Of a stretch of 64,000 nucleotides of DNA, positions 1 to 12,300 are shown piece by piece (the first letter of the stretch is position 1; every line of letters begins with the position of its first letter). Source of the stretch: Auanema rhodensis (taxonomy: Eukaryota; Animalia; Nematoda). Under the pieces are notes generated by a model that worked only from the letters and a program-made list of their open reading frames with translations, did no database searches and was not told the DNA's origin. The stretch is taken from assembly GCA_964057225.1 (NCBI GenBank), contig OZ059897.1:6386001-6450000 (forward strand), given 5' to 3'. The position numbers and the translations under genes were made by a program.

Positions 1-1411
1 AATAAGCAAGTACAAAACTGCTAGGCAATACTCTTACACTTACCATTATTTGATTCATTGGTAAAACATATTTTGTAGGCAGAATGCGTCTCTCTAATAT
101 ACTGTAAGTTTTCTCAGCAACATCTGTAGCTGATGAAAAAAAGTTGGAAAATGTTTCCCGGCCAAATACACCCATTTTCGAAACTTCGGATTGTGTTATG
201 TCCGAAAGAAGTTCATTAACTCTCGAAAGCATCATAGGTAAAACAGCAATTCTTGAATTATTGAGGTTGGGAATGAAAAAAAAAAAAGAGATATTTACTG
301 ACCTCCTCCAATCAATTAGCTCCGAAAAAGGTAAAACATGATTAGGCAAAATGATAATGGGAACAGAACCGGAACTGAGACTAAGAGAAAGAAGTGCTTC
401 CACATATGGGAAATTTTCGGTAATCATAACATAAACACTTTCCTAAACAAATATGTATAGGCATGTTTCAGTTAAATTGATAAACTTCAACATAATCAAT
501 TAGAGTTTTCTCCATTAATCGAGATTTTGAATCACATACAGTAAGAAGAGAAGGGGGAGAGCAAGAATAAATAAATATGTGATCCTAGAGCACAAACAGA
601 GTTTATATGAAGAGCACAACAAAACTAACCTCTATTGAAGCATACTTCTGATGATCAGTAAAAGATGAACTCACGGGAATTAAAACTTTACTAATTTTTG
701 ATTTCTGTTTATCCGATCTAATACCTTTTGGTAATAAAAAGGGAATAGATATATCAAATTCAGATCGATAAACTGATTTTGGAAGTAAAGATCCTGCTAT
801 TAGAGGATCTACTCCTTCTGATAATCCCATGAAATTAAAAATTAGAGCATTGTGATATCTGTAATCCATATTTTCAACTTAATGTTAAGCAATTCATCGT
901 ACTTCTCACGCACTGCTGATAATAAACCTGCCCAAACATTAGAGTGGAACCTGTTCAAGTTGAGAAAGTCAATACCAGGTATCACAATACAAGCTTCTTC
1001 AACATTGTCAACAGAATATGGAAGGAAAGCTTTTCTGATTTCAAGAAATTCTTTTGAAGGAACAGGAGATATGGTAATACTCTATAACACCTAATAACAT
1101 ATGCTATTTCATATATTTCCTAACCTTCTGCTGAACTTTAATCAGAGGTTCAATGAAAACATTCAACTGTTCATAATTCAGTATACAGCGTTGAAGATCA
1201 AAACACGATGGAAGGCTGCAGTTGCGGTGCAAACTTTAAAAGAGTAATTAGAGAACTAAAGCGTAATGAAAACTTGAAGAAACCTTGGCGAATCAGTTTG
1301 CACATCATCAAACTCTACAAATACTTCATCCTGATTCGTTTCATCATTCCCCAGTTTGAAAATTAAAATAAAGACTATAACTGTAAAGCATAGTAAAATA
1401 GCATTTCTCAT
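1..1411 (-). CDS. Exostosin-family (GT47) heparan sulfate glycosyltransferase, EXT2-like; 3' part lies outside the window
   Basis: ATG at 1411 follows a tcttcag acceptor. N-terminal type II anchor MRNAILLCFTVIVFILIF. Spliced exons read NCSLPSCFDLQRC, SKEFLEIRKAF, EEACIVIPGIDFLNLN, NALIFNF, YRSEFDISIP, GSVPIIILPNHVLPFSELIDWR and ILERRILP, all matching exostosin-domain motifs. The last visible exon ends at a GTAAGT donor near 43. Confidence 0.85.
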
Positions 1412-1653
1412 TCCTGAAGAACAATACCCATTTACTTTTATAAATCATTCGTCAATCATATTAAGCGATATAGAGCAAGAACTCTTATTCATATTTTAAT
1501 AACATTTCCATAAAATCTCAAGAGTATACACAATTTTCATTCGCATTTATACTAAATTATAACTCTAAGGGACCGGTACAGAACGCAAAAAAAAATTTTC
1601 TGCGGAAAACGAAGAAAAGTGGAACTCTATCTATTTCTAAATCACAATACTTC

Positions 1654-2393
1654 TTAATTTCCCTGTAGCACCTGAGCACGGAATTTCTCGGCACATTCTT
1701 CATATTGTTGAACAAGAGAAGAACATTTCAGTATGCGTTCTGGATTGTTTTTCAAACACTCAACGATTTCCTGAAAGATCAAGAGTTAATGATATATGTT
1801 TCGGAAAAAAACTTACTTTTTCGTTATTTTCACAGACATTCTCCCTTTGAAGATTGAAAAAATTCTTTTCTACTCTTTCTACAGTTTCTTCAAAAATCTT
1901 CTTTCTCTCTTCCAGGTCGACAACGAGATCAGAAGAAAATTCTCTTGGTGCATCAGTAGATTTAGCCTAAAAGTTTAAATAAAATGTTGGTGAGATTAAA
2001 ACAAAATACATTCAGTTCCTGCAAGAGTTTTCTTTTTTCATCTTTCTCTTTGGCAAGTTCGGCCCTTAAATAAAGATATAAAAATAGGAGAAGAAATTTA
2101 ATAACTACTTCAATTTATCCGTATCAGCTGAGTTCAATCCAGGGTTCTGAGCATTAACCCTTTTTACGACTTCGGAAGATACACCTACAGATCTGAAATT
2201 TAAAATTGATAATAAAATCAATAAATAAGGATGTTCAAATTTTTAACTAATTTAAAGGTTGATGTTGAATTATTCGGTCAACATACATGTGGCCGAATCA
2301 AGCATAGAAAATAATGTATGAACGGATGGAAATGTATTCATTGAAAACTAAATTTTTTCAAATATAAATATAAAAATGAAAAAGAACCACGAC

Positions 2394-2424
<31 letters not shown>

Positions 2425-2630
2425 CAAACGTTTAGCCTTCTTTTATCCCAAATTAATATTTTAAAACCAATGTAAATAGCAAATTTTTAGAAGGTTATAT
2501 AAGAAGATTATGTGGTTACTCGAAACTGTATGAAAAAATAAATATTTCCTACTCACTTATACTCTTCTGGTATCTCGCTTCTGTCAATCCTAACAACATC
2601 AGGCTGCTCTTGGCTCTGAGTAGACCCCAT
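1654..2630 (-). CDS. chch-3: MICOS subunit MIC19/CHCHD3 homolog, 5 exons
   Basis: Exon 1 is 2630-2557 and exon 2 is 2192-2109, followed by three more exons to TAA at 1654. Protein reads MGSTQSQEQPDVVRIDRSEIPEEYKSVGVSSEVVKRVN...DLEERKKIFEETVERVEKNFFNLQRENVCENNEKEIVECLKNNPERILKCSSLVQQYEECAEKFRAQVLQGN. It has an MGxxxS myristoylation motif and a C-terminal four-Cys CHCH domain, and closely matches C. elegans CHCH-3 as I recall it. Confidence 0.93.
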
Positions 2631-3369
2631 ACCCTTAAAAAATGAGAACTAAGTTAAGCTTACAAGTTCTACAAAGGAAAGAAGAGTTCAATGCAATGGA
2701 GCTTCTTTTCATTAGCTGCGAGCGGTAAAAATGGCAGCGCACATTTTAGCAATAGAGCGCAATCTTTAAGCACTTTAATTGAAACCTTAAATTAAGAAGA
2801 TAGATTGATATTATGATAAGATAAAGTTTTCTTCGGCTTATTAGAATTTTGATTCTTTCACCTATACTGCATAAATATTCAGTCTAGAATATCTCTTACA
2901 ATAGAAAGTTTTGTGTTTATGTTACATTTGTTTCCTTAGATTCCATCACCCAATGTTGCAATCAATATCCAACGTTATTTTAATCTTCTTCTATTTATCA
3001 CTGATATTCAATATAAGAATTTAGCCTTTAAATAATTTATAATTGTTGATATATTCATTACGATTATTCGAATTTATTAGTAAAGAAAATAGAAGAAAAT
3101 ACAAGGCCATAACTTTGTTCTTGTTTTTTAACAACAAAAACGTTAATGCCATAAATGAACGAACATTACGGCAAAAGCTAGTTGGTTAAGATAAAATTTG
3201 TTGAATATTTTGTATTGTTCTCTATTATTCTTTTGCCTATTGAATAAGGGTGCATAACGTAATTGGTGCTTCAGGTGATATACATTGTGTAGAACTTCAA
3301 CTGTTTGGACAATTTCCTATGTATTCTTCATATTAATATTTCAAAACAATTCATTTTTTTCAGTTAGGC

Positions 3370-6300
3370 ATGAGAAATGGCAGTGTTAGTGGGTCTGAAA
3401 CAGCATTGGATCGTAGAAATCATAATGGTTATTGTGAAGCTACAACATCGAAAGCAAATGAAACGAATGAAATGAAATCTATTCTCAGGTATCTATGTAA
3501 ATCAGTATTTAATTTCATAATTTAAACTTTATATTGCTAATCCCATGAAACGAACAATATTAAACTGATATTTTTACTAATACTAAACTAGAAGCGTATT
3601 CGATGCCAGTGGAGAAATAGAGCTGAAGCATGCGAATGAGCCCAATCCCTAGCTGATATTTTATCAACATGAGGTGTAACCTTGGCAACAAGCCACGCCT
3701 TACTTGAAGGCGAAGAAGTGTTTAAGTTAATGTAATCAGTTTCATAGGTGAATTATGAACCATGAGCATCGGCGTAAATGAAAGTAGTGCTCTAAGTTTG
3801 GAAAGCGTGATTCGCTTTAAGATTTAACTTTGACTAGTTGATACTTGAAACATGTATACATATCGAGAGGTAGAGAAATTTTGTTTAGTACAAGATCTTA
3901 TACTGCATATTTTATTAAAACATCGATTTTTGAATGAATCCATCCAATAATTATAGAATAGATAACACTCATTAACATAAAGTGTAAGCAAGAATTCAGT
4001 TGAGTAGATTTACTCTTTGAAAATGGTTTTTACTACGAATTTCTTTGTTTTTGCTGTAATCTAGTAAGTTATAAGATTCAATATTTAGAAATATACAAGT
4101 AGTAATACCATATCATACAGTACGGGATTATTATCATCTATTAATATTAATATTGATTATTTGATATATAAGTATATAAATGTATTCAAAAGCCGTTCAA
4201 AATCTGAGAACCAAAATAAAAAAGATTGAATATAGGAAAAAGTTATTTAAATTTTTTAAAATTAGTATTTATAGCTAGTTTTATTATTCTACTTTCAGTA
4301 GTAAAAGCAATTGTCAACTTCGTGCTCCTCGCTTAGCAACAGCCTTAGAAACGATATGGAAAATTAAGATGAATAGTATGGCTTCCGAAAAAAAGGAAGA
4401 AGGGTATGACTTTTAAAAATTTTTCATTAGATATTTTAAACTAATTTCATTCTTTTATCACATACGTTAAGCCATGCTAGAAACTGATTGCTTAATATTA
4501 TATATGACCTGCTTGGATGCCAATATCTCAAAGTATATGGAAAGAGAACAGCAATATATTATTATTCTAAGAGGATGACCTTATTATTAGTCTTATATTA
4601 ATTAGAAGTTGAATTAATTTTGGGAAACTTCTATATATACTTATCCATAATTGTGTGACAATGAAAAGAGGTTGGCGATTTAAATATGAAAATAACAATA
4701 CTATTTTTGATTAGCATCACAAAAAACGTTAGAAGAAAACTTTATACGATAATAGTTTTGTAATATTTTTTCTTTAAAACGTCACAAACATTTTATAATG
4801 GTAAACTCACCCCCTCTTGTTTAGTATTCCAAAGATGAAGGCGAACCAAAGAAAACTCATAAATAGTGTTTGATTTAGTGGTTGTACATATAGGATTCTC
4901 GCTATTCAGTAGTTAATAGAGAGCATGTGCTGAAAGGAAAAAGGCAGGTGCCCTTTTCGTCCATAATCTTGTCCAGGTGAACCTAATTGGGACGTTACCC
5001 TTGCTTAACAGACTTTAGTTGGCCTGGTCATCCTTGTCGAGTTCAGAAAATTCGTTTTGGCACCCATAGCTTGAATCAGATTATTACGTTTTAAGTTATA
5101 AGCAGGCTATGTGTATTATTAGGAAAAATATTAATATAAAAAGAAAATTGTAGATTATCTTCATGTAGTATATGTTTATAGGACCTCTACGGACGATCAA
5201 GATGAGGAAATTTTAAAGAATTGTCTAGCTCGAAAAAAGATAAAAATAGAAGATAATATTGAAGAAGATTTGAAAGTTAAAGAACCTCTAACTACGGATG
5301 TAGATTTTAGTAAAAAGACTGTTCTAACCTCAAAAATTGGCGTAAAACTGAATGATGAGGTAATTTATTGAAGTTATTACCCGGTTTCTCTTCATTTCTT
5401 AAAAAAACACATTCACTTTCGTAAATTATATAGATTTTTTGAAATTATGAGAACTATATTTTTCTCGATTGTTAATTATTTTTTTCAGCCGGGGCCTTCT
5501 GGTGTTCGTACGTCAGCGCGATTATCTAAGAAAGGTAAGTGTCTTCATATTGATGGACTGCCTAACTAAGTATTTTCTAATGTCTCACAAGAAAGCCAAC
5601 CTCCCCAATTAGAGTTTTTGAAACGGGCCACATTATGACATTGGGCTTATGAAGCATCAAGTCTGCTACGGTAGATGGATAGATTAAGCTTAAAATGTAA
5701 AAAAAGGATGGGCAGGTAAAGGAGACAAATGGGTAAAATATGAAAGACTAAAATGATGTGCAGCTGAAAAGAGAGGCCAGATTTTCGGAGTTACTTTTGA
5801 AGATGAGGTAAAATGCAGAGAATCTAGAGAATTATGTTGAAAGAAAAAGTTGACGAGTCAGTAAAACAGACTTTTTTTCTCATAAATTGTGCTTCTCTTC
5901 ATGGGTTTTTGTATATGAAAATATCGAAAATTTATGCTAAACGTCTAAGCCGGGAGGCGGATGTATCTATTTAGTTTCGGCTTAGAAAACCATTTTGGTG
6001 TAACCTTTTGGGTGGTCCACTCTAACCGAGTAGAGGTTAGATTTTCAAAAAGTTGCTGTTCATTCTAAATTTACATTTCAATTTCTGAATTCTATAATAC
6101 CTAACTTTTTGATATTTATCTATGTTATTATAACTGCAATATGGATATATACGGCATGTTTTATTCTGGAAATTATCAACGTGCTCCAGGTTAGTAAGCG
6201 TTAAGTTGGTTGTCTTCTTCTCTAACAAGCTTTTCGAAATTACTCATTTAGTAATTCATTATATATTTCTTTATTTGTTTTCTTTAATATTATATTCAAT

Positions 6301-9300
6301 TATTCAAAATTTTAAAATATCTATTTCAATATTAGTTAATTATATATTGACTAATGCGCTTATAACGTTTATTTGAAAGCATTATTTAATGAAGTGAAAG
6401 TATGCCCCTCGAGTTACAGTATCTCTTGTGCTTAAATTCCATTCTCAATGTCGTTTACGGTTCTTTATTTCCTTTTACCAATAAGAAGCTTGACATGACA
6501 AGAACAGTTGCTTTCTCAATTTCAGCTGAATTTCCTCTTTAAATATATCCGGTAACAGCAATTGCATTCATGTTGTAGGCTTGACCTTTCAGTATTTTTT
6601 CTTGATCCCAGCTTAAAAAGCCATACGATCGTCCAAACAAATCCACGCATTAATATAAAATGATGAAAATCTTCCTAATCTTTCCTTTTAACCATATGAA
6701 GAACCTCAACAATATTATTCTCCAATCTTCAGCTTGATCACCTTGAGATGACTATTCCGACCCTAACCCTGCTATGTCCAATCTGAGCCGATAGCTAGAG
6801 CTGCCATCAGCTGGCGCAGCTGCTGGTCGAACGGCCAGCCTACCTTGTCTCATGTTCATGTGACATTTCGTGCTCCTACTATATCTATATTAGTGGTTGT
6901 AACCTCTTTTGTAAACTAAAGGAATTGCATCGAACTATCTATACTGAAACCATGTCGTCAAGCAGTTTGAGCTTATTATTACCCCTATCATCTGCTTCGC
7001 TACATCCACCATCCTTAATATCTTTGGGTAAGTTGTTCTGTAATAATCGAGAATTCTTCAACATTCCCTCAAAGTGATGTAGAGATTTTTCAACTTTTCT
7101 ACATTTTGAATTTTCTTTTAATTCTTTTGATTAATTTTGAAGTTAAGCTTAGCATGATAATTGGCTCTTTCGCCAAATCAACAAGTTTAATTGATTTATT
7201 TCTAGATTAGTGATCTCTAACATTTTTGATTCGCATGAATGAGCGTTGTTGAGCTGAAAGTAAAAGAGTCTTCGTCTCAGTCAGTACCATGCTCTGAAAC
7301 GTTGAGCTAATAGTGCACTTTGAATGGTCAGTCGTATAGTATGAAAATGCAAAGGCTGGTCAGGTCTTTAGTTCAGTTCGAATTGTTACATGTGCTACTA
7401 AATGTATGTACATAGATGGTGTGTGGGCTGTTTCTTAACTAAATGTCGGACGAGTTTCAAAGACAATGCCTTGTACGTGCATAATACATGGAGCTGGAAA
7501 GCTCAGGTAAATGGTGGTCGAAAATCTTCGCATAAAGACTGAAGGAATAGGGAATTGGCACGTGTAGAGGGAGCGAGGGAGTGAGTGAAAGATGAGTCAG
7601 CAGAATAGCTTCTTCATACGTAGCAAACGATTTTCGTTAAAAGGCCTTTACCTTATGCGCACAAAAGAAGGTGAAGGGTTTGCTTCAAACTATAGAACAA
7701 TGAAGAGAGGGACAAGAAAGAGAAGAAGAAGAGAGAAGGCGGAAGAATATCATTCTATGAGTTTCTGAAGCTGCAATAGAAGCATAACTGAAACCGTGGC
7801 ATTCTATGCTCATGATCTTGATCAGCATTTTTACTTCCAACTAGTGCCCACGTGTTAAACCGTCTGTTCTCCTCTATCCTCATCAGGAATCAACAACTAC
7901 TTACTTTTCCATATTGCTTATCATGATCAATAGACAGAAGTGTTAGAGCACCTGTTGTAGAGAACCGACACGTTTTCATAATTGAATACCTTGATATACC
8001 ATATTAGGAAATGTTCAATGTATTTGACTATAGTAGCGCCATGCGCCAAGCTTCGGTGGCACGGCATCATATGTGTGAGTTTGTCTTTTATCTTCTTCAG
8101 CTGATGAGTCGAGTGTTAGATTGCTATTTTCCCCTCAACTTCCTATCAATGCAGACAAAATTTGTCGTATGTCATAATTATCTATAATCATAACCAAAGC
8201 ACTGCAATGCTTATTGATCAACAACTAGCTTTTTTTATTCGTTTTCAAGTTCAGTATAGGGATATGCTTATATGAATCTACTCTCCTGGAAATAGGATTC
8301 ATTCACTTCATATATTCTTAATATGTGCTGTTAACTCTTTCCTATCTTCTGCAAGAAGCGTCTTAATTTCAATGCATTTGTAGAAATCTCTCTCGGAACA
8401 ATCTGAGAGAGATTGAAGTGCTCAATTTTGTCGTCAATCCATGAATGCCATTCTTGTCGATCCCCATACTAGCCTCGTGCCTGAAGGCAGTTTTATCAAT
8501 GATAATCAGGCTCCAATGTTAACGCTGGCTGATATTGAGCGAGAGCTGCGGCGCCAGCCAGGCCATTTCATCTACCTCCATTTCTCTATATCTCTATATC
8601 TCTATATCTCTATCTTTACATGTATTTTATCTTTCACACTTTCTTTTTCTCTCATGCATGCCAATATCTAATACTATACCACACGGCATATTCAATACTG
8701 GCATCTAGAAGCTTGAGGCAACCATCACAATCCCACTTGTTTTTAATCAATACAGTTTATCGTTTCTAAGATCATATGTTTTTGAATTTTTCATTTCCTT
8801 GAGACAAATTAGAAATTAAAATGCAAGAAAGATAACGTAGAAACCGTTTTTCACCTTGTCTCGATATCAGTTTTCCAAGTCAGCAAGCTTTAGCTCATCT
8901 TGAAGATGTTTCAAGTCGCAGCAGTTTTCAGTGGCTGCGATTTGAAACTTTTGTCTTTTCCCTCCATGTTATCTTTCAATCTTTTCCCGATAACATAAGC
9001 TACTTCATATTAGTAAAGAAATCTGACATATACTCTATTTATGGGCACATAAGCTAATAACACTATACATTCTCTCAATCTTAATCGAAATGTATACATC
9101 TATATATATTGAAACCCATATGATCTACGGCTTCATGTGAATTTTCAGTTTTCATATTTTATTCTTAGAATTGGTTTTCGAGAAATACTTACTTAGTATA
9201 TTATAAAAAAATAAAATATTTGAAGCAATTAATTCAATTATGTGTCTATTATATCTTCTGTATCTATATTTTGCCGTATGTACATGCCCTTTTTTTATAA

Positions 9301-12300
9301 AATAATGCTTGATCGAAGCTAATCCACTTCTTTCGTATGTATTTCATATCAACCTCAATCTCAGCTTCTTTTCATGTATGAAAATAATATTTTGTAGTAC
9401 CTTGCCTTGATAATAATTCAAACAGGAAGAATATACATATATTAGATGAAAAGACAATTTCATTGTGATGGATTATGAAATGTAGAAGTTACTGAATGAT
9501 ATGATTGGGTTGAGGGGGGAGGGATGGGGTGATATATAGCAGCATATCATTAGCTTAGCTCTAGCTGGTGATAGTTGAAATCATTTTGTTTTCAACGACA
9601 GTGAGTGTTCAACCAAATTTTCTTTTTTTTCTGTCCCATAAAGTATGATTTCGAATATTCGCATCATATGACAATGGGTAAGCCTCAAAGATACAAGTAA
9701 ATATATTTTCAAACACTTTTCAACTTACTGGTACTTTTTTTTTTCAAAAAACAAATGCTAATTATGAAATGAAAGTGTTAATATTCTTGTTTCAATGTTG
9801 AAATATCTATATTTCTTTTTATATAAATTAGCTTTCGGGTCAGGTCGGTCTTAATGATCATACATGTTTTCTATAGTGACACCTGCTGCTATTTAGCTGT
9901 ATCTGCTTAAAAGGTTAACCGCCTATATAAGTAGAAAATAGCTCGAAGATAGAGAGAAAGAGATAATACGAATCTGGCTGAGCCCTCTGTTGTTATTGCT
10001 ACGGTTTTAATTGTTAATAAAAAGTCTATTGAGGACGGCAACAAGACATTGGGCGGCAGCTTTATATTTAGTAAATTTACCTGATGCTTCAGCTCGTTAT
10101 AGAAAAAAGAGAAGATAAAAGAATGTAAAAAATAATTTGCTGTCAAGCAAGAAAACAAACAACGATCAGTTTGCAAAAATATAAAATAACTTTCTTCGGT
10201 AGAACAACTTCTGATAAAAAGTAATTATATGACAAAGTTATTGAAAGATTTTACATTCTTATTATAAAATTTTTATTTTTTTTAATCAAAAATTATATTA
10301 ACTTTTGTTTTTGTTTTATGTTTAGTTGAATAGCTTTTATCATATTTGCATTACTGCGTTCGTCCTGGCTAACGCTTTGGTGAGTAATTAACATACTCAC
10401 GCATCACGTGAACTCATTACGCTGTCTATCATTTTGACCTGATTAAATAGCGTGAAACGGTTGTGATATCTCTACATTTTTTCAATTTTTCTGTGAAATT
10501 TAAAACTGAAATTTGAAAAAAAAACCACAATTTTAAACAATTGAACATTGCTGGTACAAACAAAATTACCTGTTAGAAAGAATAATTATAATTTGGTTCG
10601 TAGGGAATATTTATCGAATGAAAAATTTTCATTTGAGTATTCGTTTTCGTTATCTACTAGTAATTTCGAGAGAAAAAGAATAAAAGATTTTTGCCGGAAA
10701 CAACGATAATTTTCGTTTTGCAATATTATTCGAAAGCATTGTCAGCAGCTAGTTAGCTAGTTTACATAACTAATCTCATATTGACTCCCTTGATTAGGGC
10801 ATTAGTTTTTTGAAAAGCCTGTTGAAATTTACTATCAATATATTTTTAATATTCAAATAAATAATTAAGTTTCAGGTAGCGATCCTTCGGAATTACTAGA
10901 TACGTCAGGATCCGGTTATACGAACGGAGTTCACACCCAGTACGTTGGAGATTTTGGTAATATGGAATACTCACTGCAACAACAGTCTCATTTAACCAAC
11001 AAGTTAGTTCTATTTAAGGACCAGACGAGGTAATACATGTGGGTATGGTTATTGGTGTTAGGATATGGTGCATAAAGAATCAAAATAGCAGCATTTGAAA
11101 ATCTCTTAATCTTGATAAATTCCGATAACATTCATGATATAGAGAAGTAGAAGAAGTTTTAAGCAATAAACACGTATATTTTGGATTATCGTGATGTTGC
11201 AGTCATGAGAATTTGGTTGCCTAGTTGCCATTGCCACAAGTTAGATATTGCCAAGCATGGAAGCAGATATATCCGAATATCTTTGCCATCGCTAAACGAT
11301 ATTAGGTATAAAAGCTCGCAGCACAATATCTTTAAGTTTCGAAACTCAAAAAGAGTTGGTTAGCTGAATGTACAGTAGAATGATTGACCTATTTCGAAAG
11401 TGCATCTCATTTCGTGTGATGGCTACTGAATGTTTAATCATTTTACAATTTTTTCTAGGGTTTCTCCAACAATTGAATATGATGGAGGTAAAAAGGTAAA
11501 AGCGTTCATTATATAGAAAATGAAGATAGATAACATGTGTGAGTGAATCGAAAATTGAAACTATTCAACTTAGAATTTTCAATTGACACGGATTACATTG
11601 TGTTTTAAGTGAAGTCGAACAACGAGCTAAGCGAATAACGACTTGTCTCCTTGGTGACATGAAAAATTTCATGGCCAGTTAAAGAAAACATATAAATTTG
11701 AAGCTAATGAAATAATGAACAGTCGCGAGTTAAAACATTCGAAATATTAGAACAATGTTAGAGTATTGCGCTACGGAAAGAAGACGGAATATTCGTGGAA
11801 TAGGTGGCTGAAAAGTTCGCAACAAGCTGACAATGTGCGCGTTCAGCACCGACGGCATTCAGATGTGAATTTTAACTCCTCTGCCTGGTTGTCATCGATG
11901 CCGTGACTAGTGTTTGAGCGTCCATGTATGGTTGATAACGGAGACGGTTGCCTGGTGAAGGGGGAGGCCGGACCGGGGGTCGCCTAGGCGATTCACGAGT
12001 TCCGCTCTCCCTCTCTCCCTTCTTTTCCTAACTAGTTGAAGAGAGGAGAGAAAGAAAGATGAAGAGAGATTCAAGATACACGTATATGCACAAGCCTTAT
12101 TTGGTATCCCAGAGACTGAGAGAGGGAGGGAAAAATGAGAGCAAAATACGTAAGAGAGAGTAAAAGGAGAGCAAGCAGGAGCAAGATGGAGTCAAGGCCG
12201 TCTCCATAGCTCCCGTACGTCTTAGTCAACCAACACTCACTTTGCTTCAACCTCCTTCAGACGAACTACACCCTAAGTTTTGCTAGATCAGTATATTCCC

